NCBI GenBank assembly: GCA_030867685.1
Contig: JAQOWU010000008.1
Span: forward strand, 2,108,001-2,172,000
Origin: Wickerhamiella versatilis
Lineage: Eukaryota
Direction of reading: 5' to 3'
Length of the DNA: 64,000 nucleotides
Both the position numbers and the translations under genes were made by a program. This document shows, in pieces, positions 39,798 through 50,101 of this stretch. The notes beneath the pieces are model-generated. The model was not told the DNA's origin. It worked only from the letters and a program-made list of their open reading frames with translations, and searched no databases. Each line of letters starts with the position of its first letter. The stretch's first letter is position 1.

Positions 39798-40847
39798 ATG
39801 GAATCGGGTGCTGAAGCCAGGTTCATTGTGGTTTTGCCCATACCGCGTAAAAGAAGGAGAAAAGAAGTGGACTATAGAGAAATTTTAGATGGGTCACGTC
39901 GGTCCCGTGGTCGAAACAGTAATATTGAGTCTTGGACTGATTCTGAACCAGAATCTGGCTCCGATAACTTTTCAGATTTGGGTTCTCCAGGATTAGAGGA
40001 ACAACAGGATGTGCAGTTTAACCCATTTGGTGATGAGGCATTTCTTAATGATGATTTGATTCCTCTGCCAAGACCTCCATTGACTGCAGACCAGAAATGT
40101 CAGGCGCGTATGGCGGAGAATGTTCAAATGGATATTAACTCTGGACTTGATTTCCTGGATGACTTTAGTGAGAGCATAATCAGTTATACAAACCTCCAGG
40201 ATCAGCGCTTATCCTGGAGTGCCGAACAAAAAAGTATTCTTGTTACACTTGTCGCTAGGAAAGGCATCAGGGCTTTACCAGCCATTGCAGCACGGACAGG
40301 AAAATCCTTAATTGAATGCCAAGCATATTTAGACCTGCTCAATGCAGGATGCAATGCTTCTGTGCAAATAATTGACAAAAAATGCATACCGGCTGCTATC
40401 GAAGTGCCGGAGGAAGATCTGGAGAGCTCAATTGGAAGCGACAATGAAGACTTTGTTGGATATTGCGAGTCTAATGAGGATGGCCTTATAAACTTATCAT
40501 ATATTCTGAAGAACTGCCGACAAATATGGCCTTATTCCAGTACTAGGTGCTTGAAAATAGCGGCAAGTTCTGTCGTAAGATTTTACGTTAAGAGGTTACT
40601 ACAAACCATCATACGCACCTCGAGACGTCGAAAAGATCAAAGGAGGTGGACAGTAAGGGAAGAAGATGTTATAGCAGCTATCGATAAGACCGGAAATCCA
40701 GACACGTTCCATAATCTTGCTGAAGTCTTGTCCGATAGTGATTTGGAATTGATAACAGACAGTAACATTGATACAGGCTCGGATAGCTCCATGTTATCTG
40801 AGTTAAACGAAAGCGACTTGGAAAATTTCCAAGGGGACCAAAACTGA
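39798..40847 (+). CDS. RRN5: RNA polymerase I UAF subunit Rrn5
   Basis: SANT/Myb-like 'WSAEQKSILVTLVARKG..LPAIAART.KSLIECQAYLDLL', 'IPAAIEV', histone-fold-like 'VKRLLQTII..VREEDVIAAI'. Confidence 0.75.
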   Translation: MESGAEARFIVVLPIPRKRRRKEVDYREILDGSRRSRGRNSNIESWTDSEPESGSDNFSDLGSPGLEEQQDVQFNPFGDEAFLNDDLIPLPRPPLTADQKCQARMAENVQMDINSGLDFLDDFSESIISYTNLQDQRLSWSAEQKSILVTLVARKGIRALPAIAARTGKSLIECQAYLDLLNAGCNASVQIIDKKCIPAAIEVPEEDLESSIGSDNEDFVGYCESNEDGLINLSYILKNCRQIWPYSSTRCLKIAASSVVRFYVKRLLQTIIRTSRRRKDQRRWTVREEDVIAAIDKTGNPDTFHNLAEVLSDSDLELITDSNIDTGSDSSMLSELNESDLENFQGDQN

Positions 40848-40978
40848 AATTTCAGAAGTAATTTTGTATTCTGCGTTTAATAAATAGGAGATAATGAATA
40901 ATGACACCAATTCTCTACAGTTGAAATATATTAATTAATGGAGGCCAGCTGCTCTGGCGCCTTAGTAATTATCTCTGG

Positions 40979-41608
40979 ATGCAACTGAAGGAATACGACG
41001 AAGAGAAATTGCCATTATCTACCGCAACTTTGGTGGATAGCAATGTGTTCATAACCAAATTGACCGAAGAATGGGTCTTTTCTGGCGAGTATCCATGTAA
41101 TGTTCTGACTTATAATAAGTGGATTGGTCCGGACTATTGGGCAGCGCGCGTCAGTGATCATCCAGACATGGACTATGAGACTATGCGTAATGCTATTTTA
41201 CTCGATCATACTCGTCAGGAAGTTGAATATATACATGCGGCTGAGTCGTTTAAGGAACTCCATGTACCACCGCACTTAGAAGGATGGGAATCGTACGTAG
41301 TGCACTATCACTTTCCGTTTCCTTTTTTTAACAGAGACATGGCCATTTGGATAACATCTGGTGAATTAGAGGAAGACGAGTCGTTTTTGGTGGTAACTGT
41401 GCCTAGAAATGTTCATACCTCACATATAAAGGGACATTACTGCTCGGTGGAGAAAGTTGAGAGGCTTGGAACTGGTGTCAGATGGACAATGGCACAAACA
41501 AGCCTTGCAGGTGGGTGGATTCCAAAAGTCTTACAGCGTAGGTTTATCAACAAGGCCATTGCAGCGGACGTACCGCAATTCTTACGGTGGATTGAAGATA
41601 GAAAATAG
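40979..41608 (+). CDS. DUF3074 (START/Bet v1-like) protein
   Basis: 'YWAARVSDH', 'YHFPFPFFNRDM', 'GHYCSVEKV', 'VRWTMAQTSLAGGWIPKVLQ..IAADVPQFLRWI'. Confidence 0.8.
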   Translation: MQLKEYDEEKLPLSTATLVDSNVFITKLTEEWVFSGEYPCNVLTYNKWIGPDYWAARVSDHPDMDYETMRNAILLDHTRQEVEYIHAAESFKELHVPPHLEGWESYVVHYHFPFPFFNRDMAIWITSGELEEDESFLVVTVPRNVHTSHIKGHYCSVEKVERLGTGVRWTMAQTSLAGGWIPKVLQRRFINKAIAADVPQFLRWIEDRK

Positions 41609-41732
41609 ATCAAGTCCTCCGTTCCTGCATGCTAATTTGACATTTATCTGAGCTCATGAATGAACTGGTTTCTATGAAATAAATTTCTAAGATATTTTTA
41701 AATATGCGTACGACGTCAGATTATTTGCATAT

Positions 41733-42791
41733 TCATCCCGTTTTAGGAGGCCGCGCTATTTCTTGCTGGCGAACAAGTGTCTCTTTCCATTTCGAAGCAG
41801 ATAAAACGTCTTTGAGAAGTGGGGTGAAATCAGCCCCTACTCTTCCGAGAGATTGTGCACAGTAGGCTAATTGAAGATATAAAGCTGATAAATCTGCTTG
41901 TGAAGATATACGAGGTGTGCATTCTTTTAATGTCTCCAATAACTCGAATGTAGCCGTTCTCACGAATCGAGCTATTTGCTCCATCCCGTGATCGCCGAAA
42001 ATCGTATTATACGCGGAAATTGTAGCAAAAACATGCTCACGAAATAGCTCAATATAACGTTTTAAGTAAACATATGCTGCACGTTCCTTGTCAAACACGG
42101 AACCGAGGTGAGTCCATTGACGCTCAAGGAAACTGAGACGGCTTCTAACCAGTAGAAGATGAAGTTCCTTGTCACTAATTCCCATTCTTCGCAAGAAGCT
42201 AACAGCCTTAACAAGCTGCGAAAGCCGACCAGATTCACGAAGAACTCGGGTTAACAGCTTTTTTAGGCTTTCTACAGCTTGATCGACAGATTTAAATATG
42301 TTGACAACGGTTTTATTCCCGGGATACCGACCATGCAAGCGGGCCGCTAACCCAGCTAGATCGAGAACTTGAGAGTAATTTCCCTGGGCGACACATGCAT
42401 TAACAAGCTCAGGAAGCCCAATAAAGTCCTGAATTTGATCGATTCGACTGTATAGTCTTAGAGGCTCTTCTCTTACAGCTCGAGCAAGTTCAAAGGATTG
42501 TGAGCTTGCAGCAGGAACAGATTTTGCCCTTTCAGCTGATCTTCGAGTAGTTGTGTCCAGTTCTAGCCTTAATTCCGATAACTCTTTCGCTGCACTCTGA
42601 CATTTTGTGAATACAACAATGTGTTTACTCGCCGCGTCGGCTGCTGCTTTCCGGACAGTATCAAGCCCCACGGCAACTTGTGTATTCTCACTTGATAAGA
42701 GTGACGGCGGTAAGCTTTGTATTCTCTTTAGAAAGTCTTCATCAATAGGCTCACCGCTGCATTCCCGGAGATACTCAGCCAGCTGTGTCAT
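41733..42791 (-). CDS. COG8: Conserved oligomeric Golgi complex subunit 8 (Dor1)
   Basis: 'LPELVNACVAQGNYSQVLDL', 'LVKAVSFLRRM', 'YLKRYIELFREHVFATISAYNTIF', 'QLAYCAQSLGRVGADF'. Confidence 0.92.
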   Translation of the reverse strand: MTQLAEYLRECSGEPIDEDFLKRIQSLPPSLLSSENTQVAVGLDTVRKAAADAASKHIVVFTKCQSAAKELSELRLELDTTTRRSAERAKSVPAASSQSFELARAVREEPLRLYSRIDQIQDFIGLPELVNACVAQGNYSQVLDLAGLAARLHGRYPGNKTVVNIFKSVDQAVESLKKLLTRVLRESGRLSQLVKAVSFLRRMGISDKELHLLLVRSRLSFLERQWTHLGSVFDKERAAYVYLKRYIELFREHVFATISAYNTIFGDHGMEQIARFVRTATFELLETLKECTPRISSQADLSALYLQLAYCAQSLGRVGADFTPLLKDVLSASKWKETLVRQQEIARPPKTG

Positions 42792-42937
42792 CTTTGAAGC
42801 ATGACATATTGCAGGACGCGACTTATCGTCACTCTATCATGTGTTAAAAGGTGAGCTAATTGCTATAAAAAGTTTACTCAAATGCCAATAATTATCTAAA
42901 AAAATAAGAAATAAGAAATAAAGGTGTTTCAGCTTGC

Positions 42938-44290
42938 TCACTGTGCATCTCTGACAGTGGATACATGAGTTGGCGTAGCCGGGTGTGACGCGTCTTCAGT
43001 GTCAGACCCAATGGCTTCATCTTGGTCTACTTGTAAATGCTGTTTGTTGCTTTCCGCTTCCTGCCTCTGTCGTGCCGCTGGTTGTGATTTCTCACGTGCT
43101 AGTTTCTCAGGCTCAATACGATGTCTCTGAGAAACACGCCGCTTCTTTGTTTCGTCATTAAGTTGGATGCTTTCAGTAGAAGGTGTCCATGAAGGAAAAG
43201 AGAGCCTGATCATGCTCCTTTTACGGGGACTTGGTGAAATAGGATCGTGTACTGTACGCTCATGCTTAGCCTTTTTTGGTGTCGTAGGTTCACTTGCACG
43301 CGAGTTAGATATAGGAGCTTTGGCCTTTTCCATTGAATTTCGGATTCTAGCTCTTTTGGAATCTTCTTTATTCTGATTTGCTACAAGTGCATCCACAAGT
43401 GCATTAGACTGCTCAAGATGATTAGAGATTTTACTTCTCCTTAGTCTCCGAGCAGGCTTTTGTGGTTTCTGTGAAGCATATGCCACACCGCGAGCCTTAG
43501 AAAAAAGCGATTCACAAGTGTCTCGTGCAAGACTCTTGTAGTTCGGCAATATGACCTGGGTGACAAAGTCCCATACATGATCAGTTTCGCCATAGTCCAG
43601 AGCTTGCCAGATGCACAGCCGAGCAAAATGTTCATATATTAGACCTTCAGCTTCCGGTGGTAGAGCCTCCAACTTCACTATACTTTCAAGCTCTAACATT
43701 AATACAATTTGCAACTGAGTGTCTTGACGCACTAGCAGACGCTTAGCCTCCAGACCGGGGTGTATACTCATCCAATCATACAAACGAGCCTCAATATGTT
43801 CATCCTGAGGATTTTCCCAAAATTCGTCAAGCTCAATGGGTGCTTTTAGCATCCAGACCAATTCCTGAGCATAGGATTCGCGATCCCAGCTAGTTCGAGC
43901 TCTGCAAAGGGCCCTTCTGACAAAAGAATAGATAGATAAATCACCAAAGAGTACTTGCTCCCTCATTACTTCAAGGTAGTCGTCATCCACCTCAGGGTTC
44001 ATATCCACATTATTACCAATTTCTGGTAGATTAACACGGTCAGGCTCAATTATTATTGGTTTTGAGTCAATTTTAGCGTTATCGTGGGTTTGATGAATCC
44101 ATTGGTTAGAGTTTTTGACCGTGCACACGGCAATCCATTTCCGGTATCCTATCGACAGGTTGCCTTGATCCTCATCAAGCCAGATTTGACTATCCTTCTC
44201 TTCTGTGGGAGTGTTAATAAATCGCCAGAATGGCCAATCTGGTAACGACCCCAAGTCTACGCGTTCGCGTGCGAGACGGAGGCGTGCCAT
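42938..44290 (-). CDS. SLD3: DNA replication initiation factor Sld3 (first ATG 44290)
   Basis: 'RQDTQLQIVLMLEL', 'FARLCIWQAL', 'FVTQVILPNY' Sld3 core; C-terminal CDK-type sites TTPKK, SPSPRKR, ATP. Confidence 0.8.
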   Translation of the reverse strand: MARLRLARERVDLGSLPDWPFWRFINTPTEEKDSQIWLDEDQGNLSIGYRKWIAVCTVKNSNQWIHQTHDNAKIDSKPIIIEPDRVNLPEIGNNVDMNPEVDDDYLEVMREQVLFGDLSIYSFVRRALCRARTSWDRESYAQELVWMLKAPIELDEFWENPQDEHIEARLYDWMSIHPGLEAKRLLVRQDTQLQIVLMLELESIVKLEALPPEAEGLIYEHFARLCIWQALDYGETDHVWDFVTQVILPNYKSLARDTCESLFSKARGVAYASQKPQKPARRLRRSKISNHLEQSNALVDALVANQNKEDSKRARIRNSMEKAKAPISNSRASEPTTPKKAKHERTVHDPISPSPRKRSMIRLSFPSWTPSTESIQLNDETKKRRVSQRHRIEPEKLAREKSQPAARQRQEAESNKQHLQVDQDEAIGSDTEDASHPATPTHVSTVRDAQ

Positions 44291-44618
44291 GAAGGCCTGA
44301 CTAAAATGAAGTTTGCTTGATGGCAAAGATGATAAGCACACAGACAAAGGAGAGAGTATATAGCGCTTCTTTGGTCTAAGCTTTTTATTACCAAGTATAT
44401 TGCTCAGAAGGGGCAGGGGAAAATAAAACGCTTGTTAGTTTCTAGGTACTCTCAGACTATTCGACAGTAGAATAATTTTATGCCTTCAAATCCAGATCAT
44501 CTCTAAATACACGTAAACACATAAATTAATCCATTAATACTGTTTTTTTACTGCTTTCATGGTTCATCGGTCTCCATAACTAGACATACGCAACCCGAAT
44601 TTGTCATCAACAGACCGC

Positions 44619-45662
44619 ATGGAAGGACTGTTCTTCAATATCGACAACGGCTATGCGGAGGCATTAGTTCGTGGATATCGGGCTGGACTCTTGACACAAC
44701 ACCAATATGTAAACATGACGCAGTCAGATACACTTGATGACTTGAAGATGCAGCTGCAAGCTACAGAGTATGGTAATTTTATGGCCAATGTTCCGGGACC
44801 TCTATCTACCAAGCAGTTTCAAGAACGATGTTTTGGCCACTTGATTGATCAATTTCGATATTTACAGACTGTTGCAGTTTACCCACTCTCGAAGTTCCTT
44901 GACTACGTAACTTATGGCTACATGATTGACAATGTTGTGTTGCTGGTAAGCGGCACTCTTCATGACCGTGAGAAGGGAGATCTTCTTAGTAGATGCCATC
45001 CACTTGGCTGGTTCCAGACGCTTCCCGCTCTAAGTACAGCTAATGATGTGAAAACTCTCTATGAAACTGTTCTTGTTGACACCCCTCTGGCACCTTTCTT
45101 CAAGGATGCTGTTACTGCTGAGGAGTTATCAGACCTGCAGATTGAGGTCCTCAGGAATAAGCTTTACCGAGCGTATATCGAGGATTTTGCCCAGTGGTGT
45201 GATAGCGAGCTACCATCTCCATCGAAAGAAGTAATGGCGGAATTTCTTTCTTTTGAAGCGGATCGTAGAACTATTAACATCTCGATGAATGCTGTTGGAA
45301 CCCAGCTATCGCGCGAAGAAAGGGAGTCAGTTCTGCCGCATATGGGCTCGTTGTATCCTGTGGCATCCACCCACCTGGCTCGAACAGATGATCGTGAACA
45401 GATTCGTACAATAATAGATTCATATGCCCCACTTCAACTTCAAGGAATATTTGATCCACAGTCGGGACGCTCTGTCGAGGACTTTTTCTATTCCCATGAA
45501 ATGGACATGTGTCGTAATGCTTTAACCCAACAATTCACATTTTCTACCTTCTATGCGTGGCTAAAGGCTGGTGAGCAGGAAGTGCGTAATATAACATGGA
45601 TAGCTGAGTGCATAGCTCAGAACCAGCGCTCCCGCATTGGAAATTACATTGCAGTGTTTTGA
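44619..45662 (+). CDS. VMA6: V-ATPase V0 subunit d (ATG 44619)
   Basis: 'MEGLFFNIDNGYAEALVRGYR', 'YMIDNV', 'CHPLGWF', 'FEADRRTINI', 'EQEVRNITWIAECIAQNQ'. Confidence 0.97.
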   Translation: MEGLFFNIDNGYAEALVRGYRAGLLTQHQYVNMTQSDTLDDLKMQLQATEYGNFMANVPGPLSTKQFQERCFGHLIDQFRYLQTVAVYPLSKFLDYVTYGYMIDNVVLLVSGTLHDREKGDLLSRCHPLGWFQTLPALSTANDVKTLYETVLVDTPLAPFFKDAVTAEELSDLQIEVLRNKLYRAYIEDFAQWCDSELPSPSKEVMAEFLSFEADRRTINISMNAVGTQLSREERESVLPHMGSLYPVASTHLARTDDREQIRTIIDSYAPLQLQGIFDPQSGRSVEDFFYSHEMDMCRNALTQQFTFSTFYAWLKAGEQEVRNITWIAECIAQNQRSRIGNYIAVF

Positions 45663-45742
45663 ACTAAGCTAAGATTGGGGGGGTTTAAGAGGAACCTAAA
45701 TATAACTAAGAGAATAAAAAAAACGTCCTGCGCTCTTCAACA

Positions 45743-47455
45743 TTAGGAACTATGGCTTTTTCTGAAGAAATTCCGAATTCTGGACTCATGCCCCTTACGT
45801 TTACTGTCTCGTCGAGATAAAAAGCTTGATCCTCCGCTTTGGTTGGAGCCATGTGATGAATTTGGAGATTGAGCACCTGTATACGAGTGCGTCTGTGGTA
45901 TGGACATAGGTATCCCGCCCGTCGTAGGTGCTGAAGTTGGGGAGGTGGCAGAAGACTGAGAAGAATCACGCCGGCCAGCAATAAACTGAGGTTCCTCATC
46001 GTCAAAAGTGAACCTGTCCACATCAGAAGCTAAGCTCGAAGCATCTAAGACCTGACTAGGCGCAAGTGAGTCAAGTAGAAGGTTTTGCTCAATGTGTGAT
46101 TCTCGGGATGTCTGCTTGTAAAACAGTAGATATGCAGTGGCTAATTGAGTATGGTCTCCAAAAAATTTGAACACATAGTCTTGGTCTACAGCCTCGACTA
46201 ATTCATCATCAAAAAGAAGCCACCCCGACTGTGTTTTGATCACTGCTACATAGTGTCCTTGATAAGGGCCGCCACCCAGATGTATAATTGCACTCGTAAG
46301 TTCATAGAGTCTGTCAGGCTCAGCGAAATCATCTGTAGTAACGGGAATTCGAAGATACCGCGAGAAGAGGACTCGATGAAGCAGCTTTATATTTCTCTGC
46401 TGAGCTTCACTAAACTTGAACCTCTTGAGATGAAGAGTCAACATTTTCGGGGCACTACGAACTTTCATCCTCTTTTCTGCTTCTTGAAGTCCACCGCAGG
46501 TGTCACAAGAGAATTTATTTGCCCCACCCAAAATTTCAGGCGCGCTGAATTGCGTAAGACAATGAAGAACTGAGGCATTATGCTTCGAGTCAATGGAGAA
46601 GTCGATATACTTCTCATTGCGCCTGGAAACTGTCTCACAATTCAAGCAACGGGTCTCATTCGTGATTTCTCCTACGAAAAGATCATCAAACCATTGATGA
46701 CTCTCTTTGAGCGTGGAAAGTTCTTCAAGAACAGAATTCAGCAGAAATGAATAAAATTCATGAGCATCCTGGTGCATAGAGCTCCTAAATAATTCATTGG
46801 CTTTTTTTATGGTATCAATAAAATGTATCGGACTCGCCACACCGGTTCGGCTAGTATTTTCCGTTATGCATTGGAATAGATCCTTCAATGCGGTAAGAAC
46901 AGAGGACTCTTGGTTGTATTCTGACGCTAAAGAATGATCCAAATTGATGATGGGTCCTTTCAAGATAGCCATCTTTTTGCGACGATCCACTGTGGCATTT
47001 GGGTCGTCGGTGTATCCAACTAATGGCAAGTTTTGGCCTTCAGCACGTTGACCAGCGAATATTCCCTCAAGATTTGGATGAACATCCTCACCCCATTCAC
47101 TTGTGATTTGCGACCCCACACTAGAAAGCTCACTAGCTGTGTCGTCATCACGCGAGCGACCAAAGAGTTTCGATGTAAACCCTCTATTATCCTTAGCCTT
47201 AGATTGTGCCTCTTTATTCAGTTCGGCCTGTAGTGTATGAATATGTCGCCCTGGTGTATCAGTATGAGGTGCGTGGCCATATGGAAATAGCGATAGGATA
47301 TGATCGCGGAATTCCTCTATGTAAAACAAGCATTGCAATACAGAGTTACAGTAACATGTATTACCAAAGTTCTCCATGCCATAAATAGGCTCCAGCTGCT
47401 GCTTGCATGAGCTCACAGGATGTCGAGACGACTCCTCAGTCGCCGACAAGGTCAT
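45743..47455 (-). CDS. UBP13: Ubiquitin-specific protease, Ubp9/Ubp13 (USP12/46, CreB) family
   Basis: Cys box 'GMENFGNTCYCNSVLQCL', 'SSMHQDAHEF', 'CGGLQEAEKRMK', His box 'HLGGGPYQGHYV'. Confidence 0.9.
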   Translation of the reverse strand: MTLSATEESSRHPVSSCKQQLEPIYGMENFGNTCYCNSVLQCLFYIEEFRDHILSLFPYGHAPHTDTPGRHIHTLQAELNKEAQSKAKDNRGFTSKLFGRSRDDDTASELSSVGSQITSEWGEDVHPNLEGIFAGQRAEGQNLPLVGYTDDPNATVDRRKKMAILKGPIINLDHSLASEYNQESSVLTALKDLFQCITENTSRTGVASPIHFIDTIKKANELFRSSMHQDAHEFYSFLLNSVLEELSTLKESHQWFDDLFVGEITNETRCLNCETVSRRNEKYIDFSIDSKHNASVLHCLTQFSAPEILGGANKFSCDTCGGLQEAEKRMKVRSAPKMLTLHLKRFKFSEAQQRNIKLLHRVLFSRYLRIPVTTDDFAEPDRLYELTSAIIHLGGGPYQGHYVAVIKTQSGWLLFDDELVEAVDQDYVFKFFGDHTQLATAYLLFYKQTSRESHIEQNLLLDSLAPSQVLDASSLASDVDRFTFDDEEPQFIAGRRDSSQSSATSPTSAPTTGGIPMSIPQTHSYTGAQSPNSSHGSNQSGGSSFLSRRDSKRKGHESRIRNFFRKSHSS

Positions 47456-47474
47456 CCTTGCTTACTTTGTGTAT

Positions 47475-47483
47475 GTCACGTGA
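47475..47483. promoter_or_regulatory. Cbf1-type bHLH site GTCACGTGA about 20 bp upstream of UBP13 ATG
   Basis: Exact RTCACGTG match. Confidence 0.45.
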
Positions 47484-47904
47484 AATATAAAGTAGGGGCA
47501 CATCTGGCATTCTGGGTCTGTGGCCAACGTTCATTTTACTTTTAGTTAGCACCTAGCCCTTTACAATTCTGAGTAGTGTACAAACCAATAGCCTATTTTT
47601 TTCTCTATCGAAATTGTAGTCCACGCAGATCTATAATGTCGTAAGAGGTCAATGTCTCAAGTCGTCAATACGCAGTAGGGTTCTTTCAGTCATAATAAAA
47701 TAGAAAAATAAAAAACTAGCAATATAACAAGAAGCTTCTCTAATTGACTTACAGAAGAGACTACCTGCATAAGTCATCCGGAGCGCTTCCCGCTAAATTA
47801 TTCACAAAAATATAAATATGATAAATTATAGGCACAACCAAATGCATAGCATGCATCTCATAGTATTACTCCACATTTTTGCCTCCAACAATAGGTATCT
47901 TTGA

Positions 47905-48075
47905 CTACTCAGAGTCCTGTACAGACTGATACTCCGAACGTCTTGAGGACATGTCTTGAAGTTGGATATGTCCAAGATTGAAGTTCTCCAATGCCCAGCG
48001 CCAGGCATAGTAGAGAACAACAGAACCCACAATCACAATAGCCACAGTTAACAAAAAGTTCAAGAACAAATTCAT
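47905..48075 (-). CDS. Putative 56-aa single-pass membrane micropeptide (below ORF-track cutoff)
   Basis: Hand translation: MNLFLNFLLTVAIVIVGSVVLYYAWRWALENFNLGHIQLQDMSSRRSEYQSVQDSE*. Confidence 0.6.
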   Translation of the reverse strand: MNLFLNFLLTVAIVIVGSVVLYYAWRWALENFNLGHIQLQDMSSRRSEYQSVQDSE

Positions 48076-48802
48076 GACTCCACCGCTTAGTAATGTGACC
48101 GCAGCACTGCTAGCTTCTTCTCAGGACCCCAGATTGAGGTTCACAGTCAGTGCACTCACGCATTGTCTGAAAACCAGCTACCTCCAAAATTATAGCATAT
48201 TTCGAAGTAATATGAAAATAAGCCCAAATTGGACCTTTAGAATTGTGGGAATTGGTTTTTGAAACATCTGGTATTCGAGGTGTATAGTAGCAAAGGTGAA
48301 ATAGAAAAAAACTAGAAAAGACAAAAAAAAAGAAAATGGTACGAGTTTGCTGGCGACATAGATTATCCCGCCTCCTGCATAATAATGGTCGCGTTATTTC
48401 CCCAAGTATACTTGAACTCAGCTGTTCATCATATTCTGTTCAGACTTCTTCACTACAGATTGGTGTTTTCATACCACGTGAGTTTCGGAATACTTACGAT
48501 ACCGGGAATTTCTTTCATTTAGCACCGACAGGGTGTAGCAGAGCTGCCACACCTCCTACACTCGGAGAACTCGGAGATCACCAATGAAGTGTGGGAAAAA
48601 CGTATAAATAAACGCAATTAACTTTTTTTATAGCGAAGAAAGCTTATGTATAGTCACATTCTCGGTTGACACGAAGATTCCAAATATAGCATGATACTTC
48701 AGACGCATAAATTTAGTGAAACCCCTGCCCTAGTAGGTAGACAGTGTCTGGCTCGGGTAACTTGCGGCCGTTTTTGGTTTTTTTTTGAGTCACGTAGATA
48801 TA

Positions 48803-50101
48803 ATGGCCACGTGTGATGAAGGCAAAATGGAGTACCCCTCCGAGTCCTCGTCTTCATTTGCAGGGGGTGAACGCTGGTCCGCGTACTGCGGACCGTCTCC
48901 TCATGTGAGCTCGTCCAAATTAGATCTTTCAAACCCACAGTTCACACCAAGCAACCTGTTGCCTCATGTCCAAACCATTGCTTTATATCGAAAGAATGCT
49001 AAAAGGTCCAATGACCCGGCTATTCAATTCCAATTGGCGCAGTACATGGTTCAGACGGCACTCATCAATGGAAACTTTTCATCCTCCCTTAAATCGATGA
49101 GCAGTGGGAGCTCTACGACCAATTTTGACCTATCTTCGCCTAAAGACTCTGAGGTGGATGAAACACATGTTCAATTATCACTACTTAAAGAAGCGCTCAG
49201 CATGCTGAAGAAATTGGCTGTCAAGGGCCATGCAGACTCCCAATATTTACTCGGGGACATTTACAGCTCATGTGCATTAGGGAGGCCTGATAAAGAGCGT
49301 TCATTTAAATATTTCTTAATGGCAGCTAAGCATGGGCATGCTGAAGCAGCGTATCGTGCTGCGCTGTGTCTTCAAGAGGGCTGGGGGACAGCACGTGATG
49401 GCACGAGAGCTTTAAACTTCTACAAAACGGCAGCAGTTCGTAACCAACCTGGTGCCCTGTATCAACTCGGTATAGCTTATTTTCTTGGTGGTCTTGGTCT
49501 TAGTGACACGGCGTCGAACAGGCTTTCTGGGATAAAATGGCTAACCAGGGCGGTCAATGTTGCGACAGTCATCTACAATCGAGCACCATACGAGCTCGCC
49601 AAAATTTACGAAGTTGGTTATAAGGATATTGTAATTCCCGATGAATCCTACGCTGTTAAATTATATGCAAGGAGCGCAGAGTTGAATTTCATCCCAGCTG
49701 CATTTAAACTTGGTCGCGCTTACGAATTTGGTGATTTATGCTGCCCTCAGGATGCGAATCTATCAATTCATTACTATACAATAGCTGCATTGGGTGGTGA
49801 TCCCCGAGCTCAACTTAGCCTGGCGGCATGGTACATGGTTGGCGCAGGATCAAGTTTTCCAAGAGATGAAAATGAAGCTTATGAATGGGCGCTTCGCGCA
49901 GCTATGAACAACTTGCCTAAAGCCCAGCTGACAGTCGGATTCTTTCTTCAAAATGGAATTGGATGTGAGCGTGATATTCTAGAATCATCAAAATGGTTGG
50001 AGAAAGCGGCCGCTAATGGAGATGAAGCTGCGATTAATTTTCTTGCTGAGAAAACACCAAAGAAAGCCAACAAAAAAAAGCAAACGTGTATTGTAATGTG
50101 A
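48803..50101 (+). CDS. SKT5: Chitin synthase III activator, Sel1-repeat protein with CAAX (start 48803 or 48827)
   Basis: 'YRKNAKRSNDPAIQFQLAQYMVQTAL', Sel1 repeats 'AAKHGHAEAAYR', 'APYELAKIYE', 'SIHYYTIAA', C-terminal CIVM. Confidence 0.88.
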   Translation: MATCDEGKMEYPSESSSSFAGGERWSAYCGPSPHVSSSKLDLSNPQFTPSNLLPHVQTIALYRKNAKRSNDPAIQFQLAQYMVQTALINGNFSSSLKSMSSGSSTTNFDLSSPKDSEVDETHVQLSLLKEALSMLKKLAVKGHADSQYLLGDIYSSCALGRPDKERSFKYFLMAAKHGHAEAAYRAALCLQEGWGTARDGTRALNFYKTAAVRNQPGALYQLGIAYFLGGLGLSDTASNRLSGIKWLTRAVNVATVIYNRAPYELAKIYEVGYKDIVIPDESYAVKLYARSAELNFIPAAFKLGRAYEFGDLCCPQDANLSIHYYTIAALGGDPRAQLSLAAWYMVGAGSSFPRDENEAYEWALRAAMNNLPKAQLTVGFFLQNGIGCERDILESSKWLEKAAANGDEAAINFLAEKTPKKANKKKQTCIVM

